A DNA stretch of 62,784 nt from an uncultured Bdellovibrionales bacterium (GTDB taxonomy: Bacteria > Bdellovibrionota_C > UBA2361 > SZUA-149 > CAYMWO01), in assembly GCA_964393905.1 (NCBI GenBank), contig CAYMWO010000001.1:1-62784 (forward strand), written 5' to 3'. The position numbers and the translations under genes are program-made. Positions 1-9,046 of the stretch are shown piece after piece. The notes below the pieces were generated by a model. The model saw only the letters and a list, made by a program, of their open reading frames with translations. It had not been told where the DNA came from and made no database searches. Every line of letters begins with the position of its first letter. The stretch's first letter is position 1.

Positions 1-708
1 CCGGATGATCCAACGGTTTTGAGAGGGGCGAAAAACAGCATAGTCAGATCTACCTTCGCCATCATAATCCCCCGGAACTGGGATATCCCCGCTCTGACCC
101 CAAACGACTCGATATTCCTTTTCGTCTGCGGCGCGTAGTACAAACCACTCCCCAGTCGAGGGGCGATAGACTGCTTCGTCTGTAAAGGCGTCACCATCAA
201 AATCCGCCGGAACGGGGATATCGCCGAACTTCCCAAACTTTTGACTAGCCGGGGATCCGGGAAATGATTCAAACCATTCGCCAGTTGCCGGTCGAAAAAG
301 TGCCAGATCTGTTAACCCATCTCCGTTATAATCACCGGTCGTGATCGGAATATCTCCCGGACTTCCATAATCAACTTCAACGGTAGAGCCGCTATAGCAG
401 ACAATAAAGCGAGCGCCATTTGTATCAGTTCCAGAAACATCGCGAGGTCGCCAGACGACGGGCTCGGCAACTCCGTTTCCATCAAAGTCCCCCGAGAGAG
501 GCATATCTCCAGCTTGGCCACAGCTTCGAGTTAACTTAGCGCCGTTGCGCGTGATAAAGGTAAAAATTTTAGAATTTGAATCAAAGACGGCAAAATCAGC
601 CGCACCATCGCTATTAAAATCTGAGGGCACATTTGGCTCAATGGCGCTTGCGGGAGAGGAAAGAAGCGGCAGACAGATAGAGAATATGACCAAAATTTTT
701 CTTTTCAT
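1..708 (-). CDS. Secreted FG-GAP/VCBS-like repeat protein (C-terminus runs off the window)
   Basis: Edge-truncated ORF absent from the track. Reverse-strand translation from ATG 708..706 is open for 236 codons to position 1. It has a signal-like N-terminus (MKRKILVIFSICLPLLSSPASA), then repeated units of the type GDIPVPGDYDG(D/E)G..D.AVFRPS.G.W. Confidence 0.75.
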   Translation of the reverse strand, partial: MKRKILVIFSICLPLLSSPASAIEPNVPSDFNSDGAADFAVFDSNSKIFTFITRNGAKLTRSCGQAGDMPLSGDFDGNGVAEPVVWRPRDVSGTDTNGARFIVCYSGSTVEVDYGSPGDIPITTGDYNGDGLTDLALFRPATGEWFESFPGSPASQKFGKFGDIPVPADFDGDAFTDEAVYRPSTGEWFVLRAADEKEYRVVWGQSGDIPVPGDYDGEGRSDYAVFRPSQNRWIIR

Positions 709-807
709 GATTTTGATAATATATAGGGCGGCAGTCTGGAGGAACCCCAAATTCATTCTTGTCCGAAGTTTGCCAAAGAGAAGACAAAGTTAAAGGTAAG
801 TACAATC

Positions 808-1179
808 ATGTCGACGAAGCCCACTAAGAAATTAGATACATTTCCAAATCCACGGCCAGGACGTGAATACGAAATAAGTTTTGGTTGTCCGGAATTTACT
901 TGCGTATGCCCTATGACGGGTCAGCCAGATTTCGCCAGAATCGATATCAAATATATCCCCAATGAACTTTGCGTAGAGCTCAAGTCACTAAAGCTTTACC
1001 TTTGGTCGTTCCGTAATGAGGGGCATTTTCATGAAGCAGTTACTAATCAGATTTTGGACGATCTTGTAGCCGCAGTGCGCCCGAAACAAATGGAAGTGGT
1101 TGGAGATTTTTTCGTAAGAGGTGGGATTCAGACGGTTATTAGGGCGCACTACCACTCCATTAACACTAAGCCAATTTAA
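808..1179 (+). CDS. queF: NADPH-dependent 7-cyano-7-deazaguanine (preQ0) reductase, unimodular type
   Basis: 123 aa. Contains the catalytic-Cys motif PEFTCVCPMTGQPDF and the QueF motif ELKSLKLYLWSFRNEG. Size fits YkvM-type QueF. Confidence 0.9.
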   Translation: MSTKPTKKLDTFPNPRPGREYEISFGCPEFTCVCPMTGQPDFARIDIKYIPNELCVELKSLKLYLWSFRNEGHFHEAVTNQILDDLVAAVRPKQMEVVGDFFVRGGIQTVIRAHYHSINTKPI

Positions 1180-1372
1180 TTACGCATTAATTATATCCAT
1201 AATTTCAATAGGTTATCGATTTATGACAAGCTGAATTAGGCAGGAACAGCAAAAACCGCCCTTACTGCTGGACTTTAATTTGCATGTATGATTAATTTAC
1301 GTCCTCTTTGGTCGTAGATGAATCTAATCAATCCAACTTAAGAGCAGTCTTTGATAAAGAGTCTATTCCGGG

Positions 1373-2176
1373 ATGCCAGTGAACAGAATGAACTTGGGAG
1401 TTGTGAATAAAATGTTTAAGTCATCGATGAAATTTACTTTAGCGTTAATTGCTGGTGCTGTAATTTCAGTGAACAGCGCCTCCGCGGTATCGTTCGATGA
1501 TTCACTGACAAGTAGGCCGAATTCGCCACTTACAGGGGACCCTGATGTTATCAGTTTCGACGGACCTGCTTATAACGTTTTTAAACCGTTTGATGGACTT
1601 CTCAGCGACGACTTCTTTGCTCTCGGCGCATTTGATGGCGGTGGCGAGTTTGGTTCTGTTTTTAGCTTAACATTGATTGCTGAGAATGCCGGTTTCGCTA
1701 CTAGAAATAACATCGGCGTATTTGAGGGAGATAAATTCATTCCTCTAGTTGGCTCCAAAGCTACTCCGGGGTACACAAATTCACGTCTGCAAGGGGCGAA
1801 TAACGTATGGGACCTTGCGCTGGATAATCCGGAAGGCGTTTTTCGCACGGAAGATGCTGCCAATAAGGATGGCCGGGCACATTTTATTGCTAAGAAAGCA
1901 CTTAAAGATGGTTTTGTGTTTTTTGATAACGCCAATCTTCAAGGGCTTGATTTTGGGTTTAACCTACTTGCTGGCGATATAGTGATTTTCATCGAAGATC
2001 TTTGGGCCTCAGGCAATAAAATTGGCGCTAAGAACAACGGTGGTAAGACTGATTTCGATTATAATGACATCGTACTAGTTGCTCGTCAGACCGCTAACGT
2101 TCCTGAGCCAACAACGATGTTACTTCTTGGCAGTGGTCTCGTCGGCATGGCACTGCGTCGCAGAAAGAATCGCTAA
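1373..2176 (+). CDS. PEP-CTERM sorting-domain secreted protein with DUF4114-like region
   Basis: C-terminus VPEPTTMLLLGSGLVGMALRRRKNR is a PEP motif followed by a TM helix and a basic tail. DFDYNDIVLV resembles DUF4114. N-terminal signal peptide present. The true start may be the internal Met at 1412 or 1427. Confidence 0.75.
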   Translation: MPVNRMNLGVVNKMFKSSMKFTLALIAGAVISVNSASAVSFDDSLTSRPNSPLTGDPDVISFDGPAYNVFKPFDGLLSDDFFALGAFDGGGEFGSVFSLTLIAENAGFATRNNIGVFEGDKFIPLVGSKATPGYTNSRLQGANNVWDLALDNPEGVFRTEDAANKDGRAHFIAKKALKDGFVFFDNANLQGLDFGFNLLAGDIVIFIEDLWASGNKIGAKNNGGKTDFDYNDIVLVARQTANVPEPTTMLLLGSGLVGMALRRRKNR

Positions 2177-2201
2177 GATTTTTGGGTTCATTTCATCTAG
2201 C

Positions 2202-2230
2202 AAAAAAGGCCGCGATAGCGGCCTTTTTTG
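2202..2230. terminator. Bidirectional rho-independent terminator between convergent genes
   Basis: Sequence AAAAAAGGCCGC-GATA-GCGGCCTTTTTT. The GC stem is 2208-2213/2218-2223, flanked by an A-run and a T-run. It sits between the PEP-CTERM gene stop (2176) and the asnS stop (2255). Confidence 0.7.
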
Positions 2231-2254
2231 CTTTTTAGTGAACCCCCAATTCTT

Positions 2255-3655
2255 TTAGAATTGAGCATTTCCTGGTGTGCGAGGAAATGGAATTACATCC
2301 CTCACATTTTGAATTCCAGTTAGATACATAATCAAACGTTCAAAACCCAGCCCAAAGCCTGCATGAGGTGCTGAGCCAAATCGTCGGGTATCCAGGTACC
2401 ACCAATAGTTCTCTTCTGGTAAATTGCATTCCCTAATGCGGCGTCTTAAAACATCTTCCCGCTCTTCCCTCTGTGATCCTCCGATAATTTCTCCGATTCT
2501 TGGGACTAGAAGGTCCATTGCGGAGACCGTCTTCTCGCCCTCATCTACTCGCATGTAGAAGGCCTTAATTTCTTTTGGATAGTTAGTTATAAAAACTGGG
2601 CCCCTGACGTATTCCTCTGCCAAGAACCTCTCATGCTCTGTTTGAATATCCATGCCCCAGCTAACTGGGAACTCAAAGCTCCTTCCAGATTTCTGGAGGA
2701 TCTCAATGGCGTTGGTGTAAGTAATCCTCTGAAAATCGGCATTAACCACTGCCTGGAGTGCATCGATAATACCCTTCTCAACCCATTGATTGAAGAATTC
2801 CATATCCTCGGGACAGGTTTCTAATACATATCTCAAAACAGATTTAACAAAATCCTCTGCGAGCTCCATGTTCCCCCGAAGGTCACAAAAAGCCATCTCT
2901 GGTTCGATCATCCAAAATTCAGCAAGGTGTCGAGGCGTATTAGAGTTCTCTGCCCGAAAGGTTGGACCGAAGGTATAGATGTTACCTAAAGCAAGGGCGA
3001 AGAGCTCACCTTCAAGTTGCCCCGAGACGGTAAGACTCGCCTCAGCTCCAAAAAAGTCCTTACTAAAATCGACGTGTCCACCTGACTGGTTGTTATCTCG
3101 AGGAGGATTCTTCATATCCAAGGTAGTCACTCGAAACATCTGACCCGCCCCTTCGCAATCAGAGGTGGTGATAATCGGGGAGTGTAGATTTACAAAACCC
3201 CGCTCATTAAAAAACTTATGAATTGCGAATTGGGCTGCATGACGCACGCGAAATACAGCTCCAAATGTATTAGTACGTGGACGAAGATGAGCTATAGTTC
3301 TAAGAAATTCATTCGAGTGCCGCTTTTTCTGTAGCGGATAGTCCTCTGCACTACAGAATCCAACAAGTGTAATATCCGAGGCCTTTACCTCAACTCGTTG
3401 TCCTTTCCCTGGCGATTGAACGAGCTGTCCCTTAATGTTTACCGCGGCCCCGGTATGCGCATTTAGAACATTCTTTTCAAAGCCGTCGATTGAGCTATCA
3501 GCAATAACCTGAATATTAGACAGGCAGCTTCCATCATTAAGCTCGAGAAAGGAGAAATCCTTGGAGTCCCGTCGTGTGCGTACCCAGGCATTAATTTCAA
3601 CTTCGTCACCAATTTTTCCGGATTTTAACAGTGCATCAATGCGAATGCCTTTCAT
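2255..3655 (-). CDS. asnS: Asparagine--tRNA ligase
   Basis: 466 aa, collinear with E. coli AsnS as I recall it ([67 protein letters not shown]). Confidence 0.95.
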   Translation of the reverse strand: MKGIRIDALLKSGKIGDEVEINAWVRTRRDSKDFSFLELNDGSCLSNIQVIADSSIDGFEKNVLNAHTGAAVNIKGQLVQSPGKGQRVEVKASDITLVGFCSAEDYPLQKKRHSNEFLRTIAHLRPRTNTFGAVFRVRHAAQFAIHKFFNERGFVNLHSPIITTSDCEGAGQMFRVTTLDMKNPPRDNNQSGGHVDFSKDFFGAEASLTVSGQLEGELFALALGNIYTFGPTFRAENSNTPRHLAEFWMIEPEMAFCDLRGNMELAEDFVKSVLRYVLETCPEDMEFFNQWVEKGIIDALQAVVNADFQRITYTNAIEILQKSGRSFEFPVSWGMDIQTEHERFLAEEYVRGPVFITNYPKEIKAFYMRVDEGEKTVSAMDLLVPRIGEIIGGSQREEREDVLRRRIRECNLPEENYWWYLDTRRFGSAPHAGFGLGFERLIMYLTGIQNVRDVIPFPRTPGNAQF

Positions 3656-3751
3656 TGTTTCTCTCTATTGAGCTGAATTGGACCTGGAATATTTCTAACT
3701 GAACAGCCTTAGACTAGTGATTGAGTGTTAATTCGGGAATAGTGAAAACGA

Positions 3752-4345
3752 CTAGCGAAAACGACCGCCTGATGCCTGTTTGCGATTAAGCGGAATGACA
3801 TTTGAAATCTCCACTCCATTCTTCGCGAGGTCACGATTTAACGGCTCATTTTTCAATGACTCAACCTTGAGCGGAGGGTTCGATCCTGTAACAACCCGAG
3901 CGGATGTATCCAGTACACCATCCAATTCATCCGTGATGGCCTGAAATGCTTGGGCTCGAGCTCGTTGTCGGATCAGTTCGTATGAAAGTCTAAGGGAGTG
4001 AACGAACTCGTGCCTCTTTGCTGTGTCTACTAGCGAATTAGTCTCTTTCTCAACAAAGGCCGCACTCTCCTCAGCCTTAGCCGCAAAATGAGTCCGAAGC
4101 ACGGTTAGTTGGTCTGCCACTAACTGAGTGTTCCCAAGCCCAACTATATCATTCAACGCCGTCCGCAATTGATAATGAACTTTCTGCCAAACGCTCGCAC
4201 GAATGTCATTTGCAATCTCTGACAGAAGTGCCGCATTCGGTGGTTGCTGATTGTTATTACGAATTGAGGAGTAAAGCTTCTCGGCACGAAAGGTCTTCGC
4301 AATTAGAATTCGCAGCCGTGCATTTAAAGGATTTTTTTCGCTCAT
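3752..4345 (-). CDS. Hypothetical helical protein
   Basis: 197-aa ORF with no recognisable motif. Same strand as asnS and upstream of it. Coding status inferred only from length and context. Confidence 0.5.
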   Translation of the reverse strand: MSEKNPLNARLRILIAKTFRAEKLYSSIRNNNQQPPNAALLSEIANDIRASVWQKVHYQLRTALNDIVGLGNTQLVADQLTVLRTHFAAKAEESAAFVEKETNSLVDTAKRHEFVHSLRLSYELIRQRARAQAFQAITDELDGVLDTSARVVTGSNPPLKVESLKNEPLNRDLAKNGVEISNVIPLNRKQASGGRFR

Positions 4346-4522
4346 CCTAATTCACTTTAATCACAACCCAGTGGCATCTAAAAAAGCTGAGATAACAGCT
4401 TACTAAGACATCTAATTATTCTCTTAGCTGTCGCTAGCTAGCTAGTCAAATAAAGAACCTACGCTCGTCTAAGGAGTCTCATAATAGTTCTTGATACATC
4501 TCGATGGGCGCGTGCACGGAAG

Positions 4523-4543
4523 TTGCAAGAATTGCAAGAATTG
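4523..4543. repeat. Tandem 9-mer TTGCAAGAA x2 (+TTG) in a long AT-rich intergenic region
   Basis: Direct reading gives ttgcaagaa ttgcaagaa ttg at 4523-4543. Confidence 0.6.
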
Positions 4544-4884
4544 ATTGGGTAATTAATTGGTAGAGCTGAAACACGGATGAGTATAGATGGTAACTTCAAT
4601 TTTGATTAGTTGAAGCAATGCATGATCGATCATATGTTAACCAGACCCACTCTTTTGATTACCTTGTTGCTATTCGATTTAAGCGCCTTCCCGGAATTTA
4701 TGGAGGGCCGGTCATCAGGCGATTGAATTAGTAGTAATTTCTGAGTGTTATAATTCCGACCTATAATTAGTGAATCATATGTTGCAATTTATTGGATTAG
4801 GAATATATACAGTTCAGCCGATATTAATGACTGAGAAAGTGGTTAAAAGATTTTAATAAAATTAAGTAGTTACGTAAGCCGTAG

Positions 4885-5592
4885 ATGTTACTAGCAGATA
4901 GTAGTTCAGCTTCGAATAGAGATACCAAAGTGGTTGTAAGTAGCACCTCCCGGGTTTCATCCATTTCAGAGCATATTTCTGATTCCTCATTAATATCAAA
5001 TACTTGGTATGACGGGCTAAAGCGCACTATCGACTTAGTTGGTGCGGCATTTCTTTTAGTTCTCCTAGCTCCCGTCATGGCAATTGTTATTCTAGCGGTG
5101 CGACTTACATCAAGTGGCCCTGCTGTTTATACACAGAAGCGCCTTACGGCCGGTGGTCGGGTGTTTACGATGTATAAATTTCGGTCAATGTTTGTTGATG
5201 CTGAAACTCGCACTGGGGCGGTTTGGGCTGCATCTGATGATCCCCGAGTCACCAAAGTCGGAAAGTTTCTAAGAGTTTCTCGCTTAGATGAACTTCCTCA
5301 ACTCTTAAATGTGCTTATGGGCGACATGAGCCTCATTGGTCCCCGACCTGAGCGCCCTGAATTGGCGGAACAACTCGCAAAAGAGCTGCCCGATTTTAAT
5401 CGGCGAATGGAAGTTAAGGCTGGACTGACGGGTCTTGCTCAAACTATGTCGGGCTATGCTTCCTCAGTTCGAAGTTACAGAAGAAAACTTGCACTTGATC
5501 TCATCTATATCAATAACCGCTGCCTAATGCTGGACTTAAAAATCGCCTTGAAGACGGTTTTAGTTATTCTGACAGGCTCGGGTGCACGATAA
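4885..5592 (+). CDS. Polyprenyl-phosphate sugar-phosphate transferase (bacterial sugar transferase family, WbaP/EpsL-like)
   Basis: Single TM helix, then YTQKRLT.GGR.F.MYKFRSM......W.......DPRVTKVGKFLR.SRLDELPQL.NVL.GDMSLIGPRPERPE, the hallmark of the PF02397-type family. Confidence 0.85.
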   Translation: MLLADSSSASNRDTKVVVSSTSRVSSISEHISDSSLISNTWYDGLKRTIDLVGAAFLLVLLAPVMAIVILAVRLTSSGPAVYTQKRLTAGGRVFTMYKFRSMFVDAETRTGAVWAASDDPRVTKVGKFLRVSRLDELPQLLNVLMGDMSLIGPRPERPELAEQLAKELPDFNRRMEVKAGLTGLAQTMSGYASSVRSYRRKLALDLIYINNRCLMLDLKIALKTVLVILTGSGAR

Positions 5593-5616
5593 TCTGCCCA
5601 TCGTTCTTTACCTGAC

Positions 5617-6645
5617 CTAATCAATTTCAATAGTTAAATTAGAGTTTGCAGCTTGGCGTGCAGCATCCAGCACTTTGATATTTCCCAACCCATTTTCCAG
5701 CGGAGAATTTGCGGAGCTTCGATTACGTACAATCTCAGCCATGCATTCAAGCTCGAGGACAAATTGGTTTGCAGGTGGGATTACAAGAGGCTGAGATTTC
5801 TCTCCGATTCGCTCCAATGAAATTCGCCCTGGTTTTGTTCTGGGAATGTTGTAGGCGTGTTCAACATGAATCTTACCAAGCGTGCCATAAATCGTAATGT
5901 GGCTTGCTCGAGGTAATTTTGTTCCGCAGGTGAGGTTTGCAACCACCCCGGTGGGGAAGCTTAGCTGGATGCTAGCGAATTCGTCTACGCTCGACTCTTC
6001 ACCGATAACCCAGCTTCCGCTAACCCGTAAGGGTTCTTGTTCAAGATAAAACCTAGCGCTATCAATCGTGTAGCAGCCCACATCTAATAGTCCACCCCCA
6101 CCCGCATCCTGCCGCAGGCGGATATTAGATAAATCTTCAAGAAAATAATGGCAGTGGGCCTCGAAAAGTCGAATTGTGCCAATTGCATTTTCGCGTAGTA
6201 GTCGTTTGACTTCACGATGCTGGGGATGAAAGCGATACATAAACGCTTCCCGGAGCAATAGCTTGCTGGCATCGGCAAGGTTTACTAGTTGATGCGCCCC
6301 TTTGGCTTCCAGAAATAACGGTTTTTCACAAAGGACATGTTTGCCGGCTAGTAGGGCCTTTTTAGACCAAATTTCATGAAGATGGTTTGGAAGCGCAATA
6401 TAGACAACCTCGACCGAGGGATCTTCCAAAACTGATTCATAGTTGGAGAAAACTTTTAAGGTTGGAAAGGCAGAGTTTAATTCAGGGATTTTTTCTGGAG
6501 ATGTTGTCCCTATAGCATGGAGCTCGCCAAGGCGAATGTCCTGGAATGCCTTGAGCATGATTTTCTGCACATGAGTGCCACAACCTAAGCAGCCAAACTT
6601 GACAGGAGTAAACGGAACTTCGCTCATAGGGCAGGAGTATAACAT
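5617..6645 (-). CDS. Gfo/Idh/MocA-family NAD(P)-dependent oxidoreductase
   Basis: N-terminal Rossmann segment (KFGCLGCGTH), the VLCEKP motif and a C-terminal alpha/beta domain typical of the family. The start may be Met at 6627. Confidence 0.8.
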   Translation of the reverse strand: MLYSCPMSEVPFTPVKFGCLGCGTHVQKIMLKAFQDIRLGELHAIGTTSPEKIPELNSAFPTLKVFSNYESVLEDPSVEVVYIALPNHLHEIWSKKALLAGKHVLCEKPLFLEAKGAHQLVNLADASKLLLREAFMYRFHPQHREVKRLLRENAIGTIRLFEAHCHYFLEDLSNIRLRQDAGGGGLLDVGCYTIDSARFYLEQEPLRVSGSWVIGEESSVDEFASIQLSFPTGVVANLTCGTKLPRASHITIYGTLGKIHVEHAYNIPRTKPGRISLERIGEKSQPLVIPPANQFVLELECMAEIVRNRSSANSPLENGLGNIKVLDAARQAANSNLTIEID

Positions 6646-6739
6646 AGCAATAAAACATTTCCCCCCGAATTAGGACGTAGCCCAATCGAAATGTGGAATT
6701 TGTCAAGCGCCTCAGCCACAAATTTGAAAAAAAATTCTT

Positions 6740-6768
6740 TTGACAGAACAAAGCAGTTGGATTGATAT
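6740..6768 (+). promoter_or_regulatory. Candidate sigma70 promoter for the ParA-like gene
   Basis: Perfect -35 TTGACA (6740-6745), 17-nt spacer, weak -10 TGATAT (6763-6768), with an A/T-rich tract upstream. About 90 nt before the ATG at 6855. Confidence 0.3.
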
Positions 6769-6854
6769 ACGCGTTCCCGCAGAGGGGAATAATTAGTTGG
6801 CAGAAGTTTCATCCAGGTTAAACTGGTGCTGCGCTTTTGTTCATAGGCTAGCAG

Positions 6855-7910
6855 ATGAGTGTCATATGTTTTGCTTCGTTAAAGGGCGGCGTTGGTAAGA
6901 CCTCGTTGTCGGTTAACGTAAGTCACGCCTTTGCGGAGAGGGACTGTCAAGTACTGTTGATAGATTTAGATCCCACTGGGCATGCAACTCGACTGTTTGC
7001 CAAAACCACAGCGAATTATGAATCAACCTTGGCTAGGCTGTTTTTAGCCCAGGAGTCGCTTAATGTTGATACCGATGCCGTAGTAGAACCTAACCCTGGT
7101 GTGATTACGCCCTGCCGTAAGCAGTTCGATGTTATTCCTGCGGGACCTGAGCTTAGGCATTTTCTTTGGGGTAAAGGTGCACGGTGTTTTGCCTCATTAT
7201 TCGCTGAGTTAGTCGAGGAACTTAAAGATACATACGATCACATTATTATTGATACTCCCCCGGATTTTAACGTCCTCACGCGTAACGCCATCGCTGTATC
7301 GGATTTGGTGGTAGTGCCGATAGATTCAAGCGAGATGAGTATTTTTTGCTTAGAGGAGTTGGTCTCGAACGCATCCCATATACAGGGGCCTTCCTGGGCG
7401 ATTGTCAGGTCAATGGTTAGTCGTGGAGCCAAGCGAGTTCAGCAACTCGCCACAAATAGGCTAGAGGCAAACCTAAGTCTGTCAGATGCACGTTCACTCG
7501 AAGATGATGACTCATTTGAGGAAGAAGCCGCGGCTGAGGATATTAGTGGGCTATTTGACGTCCTACGTGACCAGGAAGTAAAGGGCCATGGAATATCCGC
7601 TTCAACTATTCCTGATGAACAACCACAAGAGAGTCCAATTTACCTTCTGAATGCAATCGTATATCGAACAGAGCTCCAGAACCGCTTAACCTTTCTTGGA
7701 AGGACCGCATTTGACACAAAGGAGACGGCAAAGCTTGCTGAGCAGTACCTTGCTGTGGCTCGAGAACTTGAGCAATCACTTTCGCTCATAGCGGAATCAA
7801 AGAACCCTTCAGGACTCGAACCAGAGCGGGATCCAGAAGAGCGGGACGAAGACGAGGATTTGGATCGAGATTCGCTTCTTGATTTTGCGCAGGTTTCCAA
7901 TTCGTATTGA
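6855..7910 (+). CDS. ParA/MinD-family P-loop ATPase with acidic C-terminal extension
   Basis: Deviant Walker A SLKGGVGKTS, plus LLIDLDPTGH and IIIDTPP motifs. About 100 aa of Asp/Glu-rich C-terminal tail. No parB-like neighbour. Confidence 0.8.
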   Translation: MSVICFASLKGGVGKTSLSVNVSHAFAERDCQVLLIDLDPTGHATRLFAKTTANYESTLARLFLAQESLNVDTDAVVEPNPGVITPCRKQFDVIPAGPELRHFLWGKGARCFASLFAELVEELKDTYDHIIIDTPPDFNVLTRNAIAVSDLVVVPIDSSEMSIFCLEELVSNASHIQGPSWAIVRSMVSRGAKRVQQLATNRLEANLSLSDARSLEDDDSFEEEAAAEDISGLFDVLRDQEVKGHGISASTIPDEQPQESPIYLLNAIVYRTELQNRLTFLGRTAFDTKETAKLAEQYLAVARELEQSLSLIAESKNPSGLEPERDPEERDEDEDLDRDSLLDFAQVSNSY

Positions 7911-8012
7911 GCGTAGTCATTGCTTTCCAGCCCCTAATCTAGCCTTTCACGAAAAACTGTGATTGGATGCGGCCGTAATGGCCACGTTCTGAACGATTGC
8001 AGTGCTGCCTGA

Positions 8013-9035
8013 ATGAGTAATATTAAGTTCATTAAGATCCTTGCGCTAATACTAGCAATTTCAACTCTTGTGCTTGTTGGGTTAGGGGGATTTGTGCGTG
8101 CTACTGGCGCGGGCCTAGCATGTCCCGATTGGCCGCTCTGTTTTGGACGAGCCGTTCCCGAGCTTGAATATGGCGTCGCCCAAGAAGTAATTCATCGCTA
8201 TCTCGGAGGAATTGTTAGTTTAGGAACTTTTTTACTAACCTATCTTGCCTTTCGAAACAGAATATCCTTTCCAAAGTTATGGAGACTCGCCGTTATCCTA
8301 CTCGGCATTCTTGCGATTCAGGTGATATTAGGTGGCCTAACCGTGTTAATGAAGCTTAATCCGTTCATTGTCACCGCTCATTTAGCCTGCGGCACATTAT
8401 TTTTCCAATTGATTGCTTTAACTGCAATAGAGAGAAGCAGCGCCAACCATCGGAGTCATTCTTCGATTGAGCCATCTCAACTTCCACTGCAACTCTTTCG
8501 ACAGTCTCCGGAGAAATTGCGCCAAGCAGAAGGGCGGTATTCTAGTTTGGTTCTGATCTTGATAGTCATGACATACAGTCAGATTATTCTTGGTGGGTTC
8601 GTGGGAAGTAGTGGAGCAGCATTAGCATGTGATGGATTTCCGCTCTGTTCCGGAACAACCACCGCTATTTCATTAAATGGGCCTCAATTGATCCAATTGG
8701 GTCACCGCGTACTTGGAGTTTCACTTTTCCTATTAGCACTGTTTCTGTTTATAAAAGCCAGTAAGCTCCCAGCCCCAATACAAAATAGAAAGGGGCATCT
8801 CTTGGGTATATTGATTCTAATTGGGATACAAATCGCACTTGGGGTGGCAAATGTTTGGTATGCCGTTCCTGTGCCTGTTACAATCTTTCATTTGTTAGTT
8901 GCACAGATGATCCTATTAGGTTTCGCCTCGTTATATAAGGAGCTAACACCATCTACACGAGTATTTGTTGTTCCAAATAATAAAATGGCAGAGAGTTATT
9001 CCGAGTTACCGGTAATCGCTCGAAAAACTAGATAA
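8013..9035 (+). CDS. ctaA: Heme A synthase (COX15/CtaA family)
   Basis: Multi-TM protein with GGFVRATGAGLACPDWPLCFG and a second Cys pair (ACDGFPLC). Adjacent to ctaB. Confidence 0.85.
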   Translation: MSNIKFIKILALILAISTLVLVGLGGFVRATGAGLACPDWPLCFGRAVPELEYGVAQEVIHRYLGGIVSLGTFLLTYLAFRNRISFPKLWRLAVILLGILAIQVILGGLTVLMKLNPFIVTAHLACGTLFFQLIALTAIERSSANHRSHSSIEPSQLPLQLFRQSPEKLRQAEGRYSSLVLILIVMTYSQIILGGFVGSSGAALACDGFPLCSGTTTAISLNGPQLIQLGHRVLGVSLFLLALFLFIKASKLPAPIQNRKGHLLGILILIGIQIALGVANVWYAVPVPVTIFHLLVAQMILLGFASLYKELTPSTRVFVVPNNKMAESYSELPVIARKTR

Positions 9036-9046
9036 GGTTTGGAAAG

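Noticed and set aside
709-807. Possible preQ1 riboswitch upstream of queF
   Set aside because: I compared the region by eye with preQ1-I examples (short P1 hairpin plus an A-rich tail ending in AAGG). The candidate GGG...CCCC hairpin has a loop that is too large, and the tail does not match.
1570-1935. 121-aa minus-strand ORF (and the 1749-1982 plus-strand ORF) inside the PEP-CTERM protein gene
   Set aside because: It lies entirely antisense or out of frame within a gene that has clear signal-peptide and PEP-CTERM features. The composition is low-complexity (Ser/Pro/Ala-rich), typical of shadow ORFs.
4622-4726. 34-aa ORF (MIDHMLTRPTLLITLLLFDLSAFPEFMEGRSSGD) in the long 4.3-4.9 kb intergenic region
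   Set aside because: It has no Shine-Dalgarno and no recognisable family, and a short ORF is expected by chance in AT-rich DNA.
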